Source: Minisyncoccota bacterium (lineage in GTDB: Bacteria; Patescibacteriota; Minisyncoccia; Minisyncoccales; JAQTVQ01). Taken from it: a stretch of 53,839 nt of DNA. A program made the translations under genes and the position numbers. The DNA is taken from NCBI GenBank assembly GCA_028706715.1, contig JAQTVQ010000004.1, positions 1-53,839 on the forward strand. Reading direction: 5' to 3'. How positions within the stretch are numbered: position 1 is the first letter of the stretch; each line of letters starts with the position of its first letter. Shown here one piece after another: positions 36,023 through 44,860 of this stretch. The notes under the pieces are model-generated. The model ran no database searches. It was not told the DNA's origin and worked only from the letters and a program-made list of their open reading frames with translations.

Positions 36023-37771
36023 TTAATCTATGATGACTCTCATTACTTCTTCAATGGAAGTCAGCCCCAAGGCCGCCTTAATGAATCCGTCTTCAAACAT
36101 TGTAATCATTCCTTCGTTTTTAGCGCGATCTTCTATTTGGTCCGAAGTTCCCTGGCTTATGATTAAATCTTTGATAGTTTCGGTAACGGGGAGAACTTCG
36201 TAAATACCGACGCGTCCGGAATATCCGTCCGGGTTGTCTTTGTTTGGCTTTGGCCGATAAAAGGGGATGGTCGTCCATTTATCGGACGCCTTTACTATTT
36301 TTTCTTTTTTTAGAATATCCAAAGTTTTTTCAATGTCGCAGTATTTTCCTATGTCTTTTATTTCAGCTTCTTTCAAGAAATATTTCTCTTTTTCTTCGCA
36401 TAGTTTTCGGACCAATCTTTGGGCGAGAATGCAATTAAGAGTAGACGCTATCAAAAAAGGCTCAATCTTCATGTCAATCAAGCGAGGCAGGGATCCGGCG
36501 GCGGAATTGGTATGCAAAGTGGAAAGAACCAAGTGTCCGGTCAAAGAAGCATTAACGGCCAAGGAAGCGGTTTCGTTGTCGCGGATTTCTCCGACCATAA
36601 TAACATTCGGGTCTTGCCTTAAAAGGGATCTTAATCCGCTGGCGAAAGTCATTCCTATTTTAGCGTTTACTTGAGTTTGGTTTATCCTGGGCATACGGTA
36701 TTCTACAGGATCTTCAATTGTTGAAATATTTACCCCCGGACTATTTAAAATTTCCATCATTGAATAAAGAGAGGTTGTTTTTCCCGATCCGGTCGGTCCG
36801 GTGACCAAAAGTATCCCTACCGGTTTGCGCAATGCGTCTTGCAAGTCATCAAGTTGTTTGCCGCGCAAGCCAAGCTGTTCCAAGCTTAAGGCTTTGCTGG
36901 TTTCGGGAAGTAAACGCATTACTATTTTTTCTCCGTCAAAGACAGGCAAGATTGAAACACGCACGGAATATTTATAATCTTCGCTTTCTATCTTAAACCG
37001 TCCGTCTTGCGGAAGGCGATGCTCGTCAAGCTTAAGATTGGAAAGGACTTTAATTCTTGCCACTATTCCTTGAGCCGCCATTTTGGGTAAGACCATAGCG
37101 TCGCGCAGAATTCCGTCTATGCGATATCTGACCAGCACTTCTTTGTCGGTCGGCTCAATGTGGATATCGGAGGTTCTTTGCAGTATGGCGTGCTTCATCA
37201 AGGTATCCACGATTTTTATAATCGGCAAGTCCTCGGCTATTTTTTGCAAGTCGTTTTTATCTCCAAAAACGTCTTCGTCTTTAATGTGCTTGATTCCGCC
37301 GGCTTCCTTTTTAATAATGTCTCCGAATTCCGCTTCCAAGGTCTGCTGGTATTGGCGTAAAACTTTTTTGATTGAAGCTTGGCTGGTAAGGCGCGGGAGA
37401 ATTCTTAGAGATGTTGTTTTTTTGATAAATTCAATGGTGCGCAAATCTTCCGGATCAATCATGGCAACTTCCAAATCCTGCCCTCTCTTTCTAAAGGCGA
37501 CTATGCTATGAGCTCGGGCAATAGGCTCGGGAATCATTTTTAGGATTTTTGGGTCAATGGCTTCTTTTTCCAAGTCAACGAAAGGAATTCCCAATATGTA
37601 AGCCGAAAGCTTGATAATCTTTTCTTCCGGAACAAAATCTCTTTCAACTAAAATCTCTTCAACCGTTTTCTTGTTTTTTTCGGCTTCCGCCTGGGCTTGG
37701 TCAAACTGCTTTTCGGTCAGCATCCCGGCGTCAAGCAGGAAAGACTTTAATTGTTGCGGTTCAACTCTCAT
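36023..37771 (-). CDS. pilB: PilB/GspE-family type IV pilus extension ATPase
   Basis: GspE-N domain, Walker A (GPTGSGKTTS), Asp box, Walker B (VIMVGEIRD) and His box (GHLVLSTLHTN). Confidence 0.9.
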   Translation of the reverse strand: MRVEPQQLKSFLLDAGMLTEKQFDQAQAEAEKNKKTVEEILVERDFVPEEKIIKLSAYILGIPFVDLEKEAIDPKILKMIPEPIARAHSIVAFRKRGQDLEVAMIDPEDLRTIEFIKKTTSLRILPRLTSQASIKKVLRQYQQTLEAEFGDIIKKEAGGIKHIKDEDVFGDKNDLQKIAEDLPIIKIVDTLMKHAILQRTSDIHIEPTDKEVLVRYRIDGILRDAMVLPKMAAQGIVARIKVLSNLKLDEHRLPQDGRFKIESEDYKYSVRVSILPVFDGEKIVMRLLPETSKALSLEQLGLRGKQLDDLQDALRKPVGILLVTGPTGSGKTTSLYSMMEILNSPGVNISTIEDPVEYRMPRINQTQVNAKIGMTFASGLRSLLRQDPNVIMVGEIRDNETASLAVNASLTGHLVLSTLHTNSAAGSLPRLIDMKIEPFLIASTLNCILAQRLVRKLCEEKEKYFLKEAEIKDIGKYCDIEKTLDILKKEKIVKASDKWTTIPFYRPKPNKDNPDGYSGRVGIYEVLPVTETIKDLIISQGTSDQIEDRAKNEGMITMFEDGFIKAALGLTSIEEVMRVIID

Positions 37772-37779
37772 TTAAGATT

Positions 37780-38145
37780 CTATTCTAATATTCTTTTTAT
37801 TTTTTCCAATATTTCCGTTAGGCTGTATTGCGCTTTGCAAAGATAAGTCGTGGCTCCGGCTTCAATCGCTCTTTCAACATTTTCCAGATTTTCCAAATTT
37901 GTCATTACCACAACGGGGATTTCTTTGGTTTCTTCGCACGACTTAAGGCTTGCCAAAACATCAAAGCCGTTCATCTTTGGAAGAATCAAATCTAAAAGAA
38001 CAAGGTCCGGTTTTTCTTTTTTGGCCAGTTCCAATCCGGTTTCGCCGTCCAAGGAGCTGATTACTTTAAAATCTTCTTGCGTTAAAACTTCGCTCAAGGT
38101 TTTTTGCAGAGCTTCTTCGTCTTCAATAAATAATATTTTTTTCAT
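37780..38145 (-). CDS. Single-domain (CheY/PilH-like) response regulator
   Basis: ILFIEDEE, the phospho-acceptor context DLVLLDLILPKMNG, and no output domain (121 aa). Confidence 0.85.
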   Translation of the reverse strand: MKKILFIEDEEALQKTLSEVLTQEDFKVISSLDGETGLELAKKEKPDLVLLDLILPKMNGFDVLASLKSCEETKEIPVVVMTNLENLENVERAIEAGATTYLCKAQYSLTEILEKIKRILE

Positions 38146-38164
38146 TTTTTTGCGCGTAAAATTA

Positions 38165-39151
38165 TTATTTTTTATTTATCGGCAGGGCAAACCAAAAAGT
38201 GGTGCCTATATTCTCTTGGCTTGCGAATCCTATTTTTCCTTTTGAATTTTCTATAATGGATTTCGCTATGTAAAGACCGAGACCGGACCCTTGGGTCTGT
38301 CTTTTCATTGCGTTTTCCGAACGGAAGAATTTTTGAAACAGATATTTTTGGTCGTTTTTTGGAATTCCCACTCCCATATCTTTTATGGAAAAAAGAACAG
38401 AATTGTTCTCCTTTCCGATACTGACTTCTATTTTTCCTTTGCCTTTAGTGTATCTGATGGCATTGTCCAAAAGATTTTCAATTACCATTTTGACTTGCTC
38501 CGGAGAGGCGAAAATTTCGGGAAGATTTTTTTCAAAATTAGTCTTGATCTCTATATTTGAAGCCTTGGCATAAGGGCTGAATGACTTAATTGCTTCGGTT
38601 GTGACTTCTTCTATGAAAAAAGGCTTTTCTCTCGCGCTTAAATTGGCGGACTGCAAGCGGGAGACAGTCAAAAGATCGGAAACCAAATCTTTCATTCGTC
38701 CGTTGTTTTCCCGCAATATTTTGAAATATTCAAGCTGTCCGGCTTCTATTTTTCCCAGCCTGCCAGACATAATCAGTTCTATCGTCCAGCTTAAATTGGA
38801 AAGAGGGGCTCTTAACTGGTGCGAAACGATATTAATGAATTCCGATTTCATACGGTTTGATTCGGCCAAATTTTCAAATCCTTTAACAATTGTAAAGGCG
38901 ATTATAAACAATATTCCAGTCAGTCCGCTGATTACCAAAACGACTATTTTCGGATCTTTTATGTAGTAGCTTCCTAGAAAATAAAAAACAAATTCGCTCA
39001 AAATTATAACAATCCCCATAACGAGGAAAAGAAACTGGGGGCATTGCCACGGGCTTAATCCGTATCTTTTGCATTTGCCCAAGATATTAAAAGATTCAAG
39101 AAAATTTTTAAAATCCATTATAATAATTCTAGCACAAAATTGTTGAGGCAA
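38165..39151 (-). CDS. Sensor histidine kinase (2 TM, HisKA + HATPase_c)
   Basis: H-box FINIVSHQLRAPL, N-box LLDNAIRYT, G-boxes DMGVGIP and GSGLGLYIAKSII. Confidence 0.85.
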   Translation of the reverse strand: MPQQFCARIIIMDFKNFLESFNILGKCKRYGLSPWQCPQFLFLVMGIVIILSEFVFYFLGSYYIKDPKIVVLVISGLTGILFIIAFTIVKGFENLAESNRMKSEFINIVSHQLRAPLSNLSWTIELIMSGRLGKIEAGQLEYFKILRENNGRMKDLVSDLLTVSRLQSANLSAREKPFFIEEVTTEAIKSFSPYAKASNIEIKTNFEKNLPEIFASPEQVKMVIENLLDNAIRYTKGKGKIEVSIGKENNSVLFSIKDMGVGIPKNDQKYLFQKFFRSENAMKRQTQGSGLGLYIAKSIIENSKGKIGFASQENIGTTFWFALPINKK

Positions 39152-39210
39152 AAATAAAACTTTCCACAGACTGGGAAAGCTTTGAATCTTTTTTATTCTT
39201 TTTTGGAATA

Positions 39211-39480
39211 TTATTTTTTAACGAATAGCCAGCAGAGGCAATGTCCCGATTTTTCAATTTCTTCTTCCGAATAAGAGCAAGGGCAAATATTTTTTTGATC
39301 AATTTCCGGTTTTCCCTTGACCACTCGGCAGGGGCAGTAGCGCGCGCCGTATTTTTTCTCGTTTTCAATAAGCCTTTTGGCCAGGCCTTCCAGCATCTCA
39401 TGGTTGTCGTTTAGTCCAATTCCTTTCTCTTCTGCATATTGCCTGTATTCCTCTATGATTTTTTCAATTTCTTTTTCCAT
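39211..39480 (-). CDS. Ferredoxin:thioredoxin-reductase catalytic-chain-like protein
   Basis: The Cys pattern YCPCR...ICPC...GHCLCWLF is typical of the FTR beta chain. Confidence 0.65.
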   Translation of the reverse strand: MEKEIEKIIEEYRQYAEEKGIGLNDNHEMLEGLAKRLIENEKKYGARYCPCRVVKGKPEIDQKNICPCSYSEEEIEKSGHCLCWLFVKK

Positions 39481-39537
39481 AAAAAATAAAAGGCCAAATG
39501 CCTGTTAATTTCCGCGGATAAATGCGGAAAAAGGGAA

Positions 39538-39864
39538 TTATTTCTTCAAGCCGGATTCTATCCATTCCTTTACGGCTTCTTCGGGCATAAAGCCCAAAAA
39601 ATCGGCAACAGCTTCTTTGTTTCTGAAAAGCATTACGGTCGGAATCTGCTCTACCTTAAACTGGCGGGCTGTTTCCGGCGATTCGTCAATATTAAGCTTG
39701 GTAAAAATAAGCTTATCCTGCATTTCTTTTTCTTTGGATATCTTTTCTATAATATTTCCTAAAAAGGAGCAGGGAGGGCACCATTCCGCGAAAAAATCAA
39801 CTAAAACCGGCTTTTCGGCTTCTTCAATGAATTTTTTAAAATTTTGGTCGTTTAATATTGTCAT
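39538..39864 (-). CDS. trxA: Thioredoxin
   Basis: 108 aa with the VLVDFFAEWCPPC active site. Confidence 0.85.
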   Translation of the reverse strand: MTILNDQNFKKFIEEAEKPVLVDFFAEWCPPCSFLGNIIEKISKEKEMQDKLIFTKLNIDESPETARQFKVEQIPTVMLFRNKEAVADFLGFMPEEAVKEWIESGLKK

Positions 39865-39949
39865 ATAATGATATTTTACCCGAAGCTTTTAAAAAGGGCA
39901 ACAAGTATTTTCATCAAACTTTATCTTTGAATTTTAAGGGAAATTTGAT

Positions 39950-40117
39950 ATGCTGGATTTATTGATATCAGAACAGCTTGGCGATGACAGCGTTTTTCGC
40001 CGGACGGACAAAGGAGCGGCTTTCGCCAAAAAGGCTCCTTCCCGCCGGCAGGCAATGGCGCTAACAAATGGTGTTGACGGAGCGGTTCCTGCCTATCGGC
40101 GAGCAACAAATGGCTGA
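39950..40117 (+). other. GC-rich segment: either a 55-aa ORF or a structured RNA (unresolved)
   Basis: ATG at 39950 and TGA at 40115-40117, giving MLDLLISEQLGDDSVFRRTDKGAAFAKKAPSRRQAMALTNGVDGAVPAYRRATNG. The same DNA forms an imperfect long hairpin (gccggacggacaaaggagc / ggctccttcccgccggc). It also carries the direct repeat aacaaatgg twice. Confidence 0.25.
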
Positions 40118-40131
40118 TGAGCAGATATTTT

Positions 40132-40203
40132 GCCGAGGTAGCTCAATGGCAGAGCAACGGTATCGTAAACCGTAGGTTGGAGGTTCAACTCCTCTCCTCG
40201 GCT
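40132..40203 (+). tRNA. tRNA-Thr (anticodon CGU)
   Basis: Acceptor GCCGAGG/CCTCGGC, D arm AGCTCAATGGCAGAGC, anticodon arm ACGGT-ATCGTAA-ACCGT, T arm GGAGG-TTCAACT-CCTCT. CCA is not encoded. Confidence 0.9.
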
Positions 40204-40305
40204 CTTGTGTGATTGGAGCCGGCAAGGGTTTATCCGGCCATCCGACCGGATGCCCGATCGGATAGCTGGGAGGCTTACGTCTTTAACTCCTCCCTTTCTG
40301 CAAAT

Positions 40306-41410
40306 ATGGAAAATCTTAGCCAAACAATTGAAGAGTTAGAAAAAGAGGCTCTCCTCCTGGAGGGCCATCTTTGACTTAGCCAGCTTTCCGGATAAAATAA
40401 AAGAACTGGAAGAATTATCGGCAAGAGAGGATTTTTGGCAGGATCAGGAAAAGGCGCAGGAAATATCCCAGGAATTGGCTCACAAGAAAGAACAGCTGGA
40501 AGAACTTAACGGAATTAAAAACGAAATAAAAGAAATTAAAGAGCTTTTGGAGCTTTGCAAAGAAGATTTTTCTTTGGAAAGCGAATTGAGTAAAAAGATA
40601 GATCTTTTAAGATTAAAAATAAAAAAGAAAAATATTGAAGTAAGATTCAAAGGGAAGTATGATAAAGGAGACGCTCTTTTATCAATCTATTCAGGAGCGG
40701 GAGGACAGGACGCGCAGGACTGGGCGGCAATGCTTTTGAGGATGTATCAAAGATATTGCCAAAAAGCCGGGTTTAAGAATGCGATTCTTGACCAAGATTT
40801 CGGCCAAGCCGGAGGTCCGGAAGGACGTGTTGGCGTCAAATCCGTTACTATTGAGATTAAAGGAAAATATGCTTACGGCACGATAAAGAAAGAAACCGGA
40901 GTCCATCGCTTGGTAAGAATATCGCCGTTTTCAGCCCAAAAATTGCGCCATACTTCTTTTGCCCTTGTGGAAGTTCTGCCACGAATTAAAGACGGAAAAG
41001 AAATTGAAGTAAATCCCTCGGACTTGAAAGTTGATTATTTCCACGCTTCCGGCCCGGGAGGCCAATATGTGAATAAAAGGATGTCCGCCGTTCGTATTAC
41101 TCATGAACCTACGGGAATTATCGTGTCAGCCCAAACTGAAAGATCTCTTGCTCAAAACAAGGAAACGGCGATGCAGATGCTTTACGCCAAGCTTTACCAG
41201 CTGAAAACAATGGAAAAGCAGAAAGAGTTATCCGAAGTTAAGGGAAGCAAAATTTCGGCCAGTTGGGGAAATCAAATTCGTTCTTATGTAATCCATCCTT
41301 ATCAATTAGTTAAAGATTTGCGAACCGATGTGGAAACTTCGCAAGTCAACGCCGTTCTTGACGGCAGCTTAGATGAATTTATAACCGCGCAAATACAACA
41401 AAATGATTAA
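40306..41410 (+). CDS. prfB: Peptide chain release factor 2, expressed via a programmed +1 frameshift: join(40306..40371,40373..41410)
   Basis: Frame 0 reads MENLSQTIEELEKEALLLEGHL and then TGA at 40372-40374. The +1 frame continues DLASFPDKIKELEELSAREDFWQDQEKAQ... into ORF 40475-41410. That ORF carries the SPF and GGQ (SGPGGQYVNK) motifs. Confidence 0.9.
40359..40375 (+). promoter_or_regulatory. RF2 autoregulatory +1 frameshift site
   Basis: GGAGGG (internal Shine-Dalgarno-like), ccat, then CTT TGA C. Compare E. coli AGGGGG uau CUU UGA C. Confidence 0.85.
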
Positions 41411-42098
41411 ACTTGAAAACATCTCAAAAATATACCCCTTGAGCTTCAGCCGCGAACAAAAAGCGGCCCTGCAAAATGTTTCTTTTGATGTTGAGTCCGG
41501 AGAATTTATCACTTTCTGCGGACGATCCGGAGCCGGAAAAACAACTTTGCTTAAAATTATCGCTTGCCAGGAAAAGCCTACGGACGGCAATGTTTTTTTT
41601 GAGGGAGAAGACCTTTGCAGAACCAAAGACAAAGACATCTGTTCTTTTAGGCATCAAATAGGTTTTGTTTTTCAGGATTATAAATTGCTTTCGTATAAAA
41701 CGGTTTTTGAAAATGTTTCTTACGCTTTGGAAGTTACTGATTATCAAAATGGCGGAATGGATGAAGAAGTGGAGCAGATTTTGGAGCTGGTGGGATTACA
41801 GAACCAAACCAATTCTTTCCCCCATGAATTATCAGGAGGAGAGAAGCAAAGAGTGGCTATCGCCCGCGCCTTGATACACAGGCCGAAAGTTGTTTTGGCG
41901 GACGAGCCGACGGGAAATCTTGATCCTTACCATACAAGAGACATTTTAAAAATTTTTAATAAAGTCAATGAAATGGGGACAACCATTCTTTTGGCAACGC
42001 ACAGCAAGGAGATCGTCAATTCTTTACAGCGCCGCGTCATTACCATTGAAGACGGGGAGATAAGAAGCGACGAAGCCAAAGGCAGATTTATTCTGTAA
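41403..42098 (+). CDS. ftsE: Cell-division ABC ATPase FtsE
   Basis: Walker A GRSGAGKTT, signature LSGGEKQRVAIARAL, Walker B VVLADEPTGNLD. It overlaps the prfB stop and precedes ftsX. Confidence 0.85.
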   Translation: MIKLENISKIYPLSFSREQKAALQNVSFDVESGEFITFCGRSGAGKTTLLKIIACQEKPTDGNVFFEGEDLCRTKDKDICSFRHQIGFVFQDYKLLSYKTVFENVSYALEVTDYQNGGMDEEVEQILELVGLQNQTNSFPHELSGGEKQRVAIARALIHRPKVVLADEPTGNLDPYHTRDILKIFNKVNEMGTTILLATHSKEIVNSLQRRVITIEDGEIRSDEAKGRFIL

Positions 42099-42108
42099 AC
42101 TAAAAATT

Positions 42109-43017
42109 ATGAGCAAGAAAACTTTTAAAAAGATTTTAAGATCCGGCTGGAATAACTTTCAACGGCAGGGAATACTGACTTTCGCCACTTTATTCATAAT
42201 CTTTATCGCCGTTTTTTTGGCAAGCTCGCTTTATCTTTTCGGCGGAGCTATCTATTTTTTAAACGACCGCCTCCAGGAAAGAATAGATATTTCGGTTTTC
42301 TTTAAGGAAAATACCGCCCGTGAAGATATTGCCGGTATAGAAGAACAGCTAAAAGCTGTGCCTGAAGTAAAAAAAGTGGAATATATATCCGCGGACGAAG
42401 CTTATCAAAAATTTGTTGAAGAACACAAAGACGACCAATATTACGAAGCGTTGCAGGCTATTGAAATGAATCCTTTTTTGGCTTCGGTCCATGTCCAGGC
42501 CAAAGACCCGTCCCAGTATGGGGAGATTTCAAGTTTTTTGAAAAAAGACGAATTTCAAAGCGTGATACAGAATGTTAACGATTACAAAAGGGGGACGGTC
42601 ATTCAAAAGCTGACAGATTTAACGAAAAACATTAGAACCATAGGATTTGCTCTGATAGGCTTTTTAAGCTTGATTGCGGTTCTTGTTACTTTCAACACCA
42701 TCAAACTGACCATTTTTTCTCAAAAAGCGGAAATTGAAATAATGCGCTTGGTCGGAGCCAAGAAGAGTTTTATCCAGGGCCCGTATTTCATCCAAGGATT
42801 GCTTTGCGGCTTGTCCGCATCTCTGTTTGCTTTTGTTCTTTTCGGCGCTTTCGCTTTTATCCTGCAAGACAAGCTGTCCGGAATATTTTTGGGATTCAAT
42901 ATGTTTGATTTTTATAGGACGAACCTTTGGCAGCTATTGGCTTTGCAGTTCGGGACAGGCTTGCTTTTGGGCACGATTTCCAGCGTTTTGGCCGTCCAAG
43001 CTTACTTGAAAAAGTAA
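42109..43017 (+). CDS. ftsX: Cell-division permease-like protein FtsX
   Basis: TM1, a periplasmic alpha/beta domain and 3 C-terminal TM helices; it follows ftsE. Confidence 0.75.
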   Translation: MSKKTFKKILRSGWNNFQRQGILTFATLFIIFIAVFLASSLYLFGGAIYFLNDRLQERIDISVFFKENTAREDIAGIEEQLKAVPEVKKVEYISADEAYQKFVEEHKDDQYYEALQAIEMNPFLASVHVQAKDPSQYGEISSFLKKDEFQSVIQNVNDYKRGTVIQKLTDLTKNIRTIGFALIGFLSLIAVLVTFNTIKLTIFSQKAEIEIMRLVGAKKSFIQGPYFIQGLLCGLSASLFAFVLFGAFAFILQDKLSGIFLGFNMFDFYRTNLWQLLALQFGTGLLLGTISSVLAVQAYLKK

Positions 43018-43046
43018 AGAAAATGAGGTATTAAAATTTAGTGTTT

Positions 43047-43072
43047 GGAAGAGCCCGCTCCGGGCTTTTTCC
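43047..43072 (+). terminator. Rho-independent terminator after ftsX
   Basis: ggaagagcccg-ctc-cgggcttttt(cc). Confidence 0.65.
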
Positions 43073-43086
43073 AAATGTTATTGCAT

Positions 43087-43157
43087 TGCGGGATCGTCTA
43101 ACGGTAGGACAACGCCCTCTGGAGGCGTCTATCTAGGTTCGAATCCTAGTCCCGCAG
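43087..43157 (+). tRNA. tRNA-Gln (anticodon CUG)
   Basis: U1:A72 acceptor TGCGGGA/TCCCGCA, anticodon arm ACGCC-CTCTGGA-GGCGT, T arm CTAGG-TTCGAAT-CCTAG. The last 5 nt belong to the island's inverted repeat. Confidence 0.9.
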
Positions 43158-44574
43158 CCGAATTGTTTAGTACAAACTCGTTTTGCTGGAAGGGCGGAAT
43201 TAAATCCGCTCTTTTGGTTAAAAAATTTTGCGCGCTCGGCGCGCCTTGTCGGGGGGAATGGCCGGAAGCTAAAACCGGTTGATTTTGAAGCAAAAACAGC
43301 GTTATTTTAATGCTTTCCTTGGCATAAACAATCTCTTTGAAAAATCTTTTAGCCAAAAGATTTTTCGCGATGCCGGTTCTTTTTCCAAGCTCGGCGTAAA
43401 CCGCTTTTAAGGTTGAAATAACCTTTTCGGCGGTGAGATCGTATGTTTTGGCCGAAGGTTCGTATCCAATGCGGTACCCGGAATTTTCTGCGTGATTTAT
43501 CCTGAAAACCAGATTTTCCACATATTCCTTGTCGTTGGAGATTCTTTCCAGATTTTCTAAAACATAGCGGTCGAGTCGGTCGGCGTTCACTTGTTTTGTT
43601 TCGCAGGATTGCCAATCGTTTTTTAGCGTTGAAGTACAGCGGTAATAATAATATCGCTTTTGGAATTTTCCATCTCTCGTTTTGTTGCTGTAAGATGGCG
43701 TCATTTTCGCTCCGCAATCCGCGCAATTTATAATTCCGCCGAAAAGGTGGTTTTTATAAATCCTGTTTTTATTCGTTTTTTTCTTGTGTGTTTGCTGGGC
43801 GCAGCCAAACACTTCTTGCGAAATAATCGGCTGGTGCAATCCGGGGTAAAATTCGCCTTTGTGGCTAATTTTACCGGTATATATTACATTCCTTAACATA
43901 TAGGCAATGGCGGTTTTGGTGAAAGGTTTTCCATTTCTGTTTTTCAAATTACTTTTTGCCAAATAGTTGTAAACTTTCGACAAAGAACCGGTTTCAACGT
44001 AATTTGAAAAAATTGACCTCACCGTTTCAGCCTCCTTTTTATTGATAAATATTTTTTTATCTTTTCTGGAATAACCGTAAGGCGCAAAACCGCCATTGCT
44101 CATTCCTTTTTTCGCCCGTTCCAGCATTTTGTCTTTTGTACGCTCGCTGGTTAGTTCGCGTTCAAATTGCGCAAAGGTAAGCATAATATTACGCAACAAA
44201 CGGCCGGCGGGCGTGGAAGTATCAAATCGTTCCGTAATAGAGATAAAATCAACGCCGAACCGATCAAAGGTTTCAATAAGCTCGTAAAAATCCTTAGGGG
44301 AGCGGGTAAGGCGGTCTATTTTATACGCCAAAACCAGATCAACTCTTCCTTCCTTGATGTCGTTTAACAACTCCTGCAACGCCGGGCGGTTTGTGTTCGC
44401 ACCGGTATATCCTGCGTCGGAATAAACTTTAAAAACGGAAAAATCATTTTGGCTTTCAACAAAATGCTTGATTTTTTCCTCTTGCGCTTCGCAAGAGGAA
44501 AATTCTTTTTCCGCTTGTATATCGGTAGAAACCCTGGTATAGACAGCGCACATTTTGAATTGAATATTCGCCAT
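43129..44574 (-). CDS. Large serine recombinase (resolvase/invertase N-domain + recombinase domain + zinc ribbon)
   Basis: Catalytic-Ser context CAVYTRVSTDIQ, YKIDRLTRS, and CADCGAKM...YYYYRC. The C-terminal tail is encoded by IR-L and the ORF runs into the tRNA-Gln 3' end. Confidence 0.85.
   Translation of the reverse strand: MANIQFKMCAVYTRVSTDIQAEKEFSSCEAQEEKIKHFVESQNDFSVFKVYSDAGYTGANTNRPALQELLNDIKEGRVDLVLAYKIDRLTRSPKDFYELIETFDRFGVDFISITERFDTSTPAGRLLRNIMLTFAQFERELTSERTKDKMLERAKKGMSNGGFAPYGYSRKDKKIFINKKEAETVRSIFSNYVETGSLSKVYNYLAKSNLKNRNGKPFTKTAIAYMLRNVIYTGKISHKGEFYPGLHQPIISQEVFGCAQQTHKKKTNKNRIYKNHLFGGIINCADCGAKMTPSYSNKTRDGKFQKRYYYYRCTSTLKNDWQSCETKQVNADRLDRYVLENLERISNDKEYVENLVFRINHAENSGYRIGYEPSAKTYDLTAEKVISTLKAVYAELGKRTGIAKNLLAKRFFKEIVYAKESIKITLFLLQNQPVLASGHSPRQGAPSAQNFLTKRADLIPPFQQNEFVLNNSAAGLGFEPR
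43153..43299. repeat. Left copy of a 147-bp inverted repeat (IR-L)
   Basis: The reverse complement of 43153-43299 matches 46696-46842 at 137/147 positions with no gaps (hand alignment). The outer end lies inside the tRNA-Gln acceptor stem. Confidence 0.9.
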
Positions 44575-44647
44575 ATTTTTGATAGAATCTCTTTAAAGAC
44601 GTCATTTTTATTTCCTATAAATACAGTGTATAATAATACTCTATAAT

Positions 44648-44854
44648 ATGTCAAAGAATTTTTATTTAAGCAATTTAAAACGTCTTAGAGAGCAAAAAGG
44701 TTGGACGCAAGAAAAACTTGCCCAGCAATCAGGTGTTTCCTATCATACGCTTATTAAAATTGAACGCGGAACGATACAAGATCCACGCATAGAAACCGTG
44801 GCCAATATAGCTAGGGCTCTAGGTCTATCTCTAGATGAATTAGTTAATTTCTAA
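44648..44854 (+). CDS. XRE-family helix-turn-helix regulator
   Basis: LKRLREQKGWTQEKLAQQSGVSYHTLIKIERG...IARALGLSLDELV. It is divergent from the recombinase gene. Confidence 0.8.
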   Translation: MSKNFYLSNLKRLREQKGWTQEKLAQQSGVSYHTLIKIERGTIQDPRIETVANIARALGLSLDELVNF

Positions 44855-44860
44855 AATTTT

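Noticed and set aside
39960-40125. SRP (4.5S) RNA or tmRNA in the GC-rich segment before tRNA-Thr
   Set aside because: Neither strand shows the conserved helix-8 features (GNAR tetraloop context, AGCA/GGAAGCAGCC-type loops). There is also no tmRNA tag-ORF or tRNA-like end.
39921-40323. Minus-strand ORFs 39921-40109 and 40093-40323
   Set aside because: The second overlaps tRNA-Thr on the opposite strand. Both lie in GC-rich structured DNA where long ORFs arise by chance.
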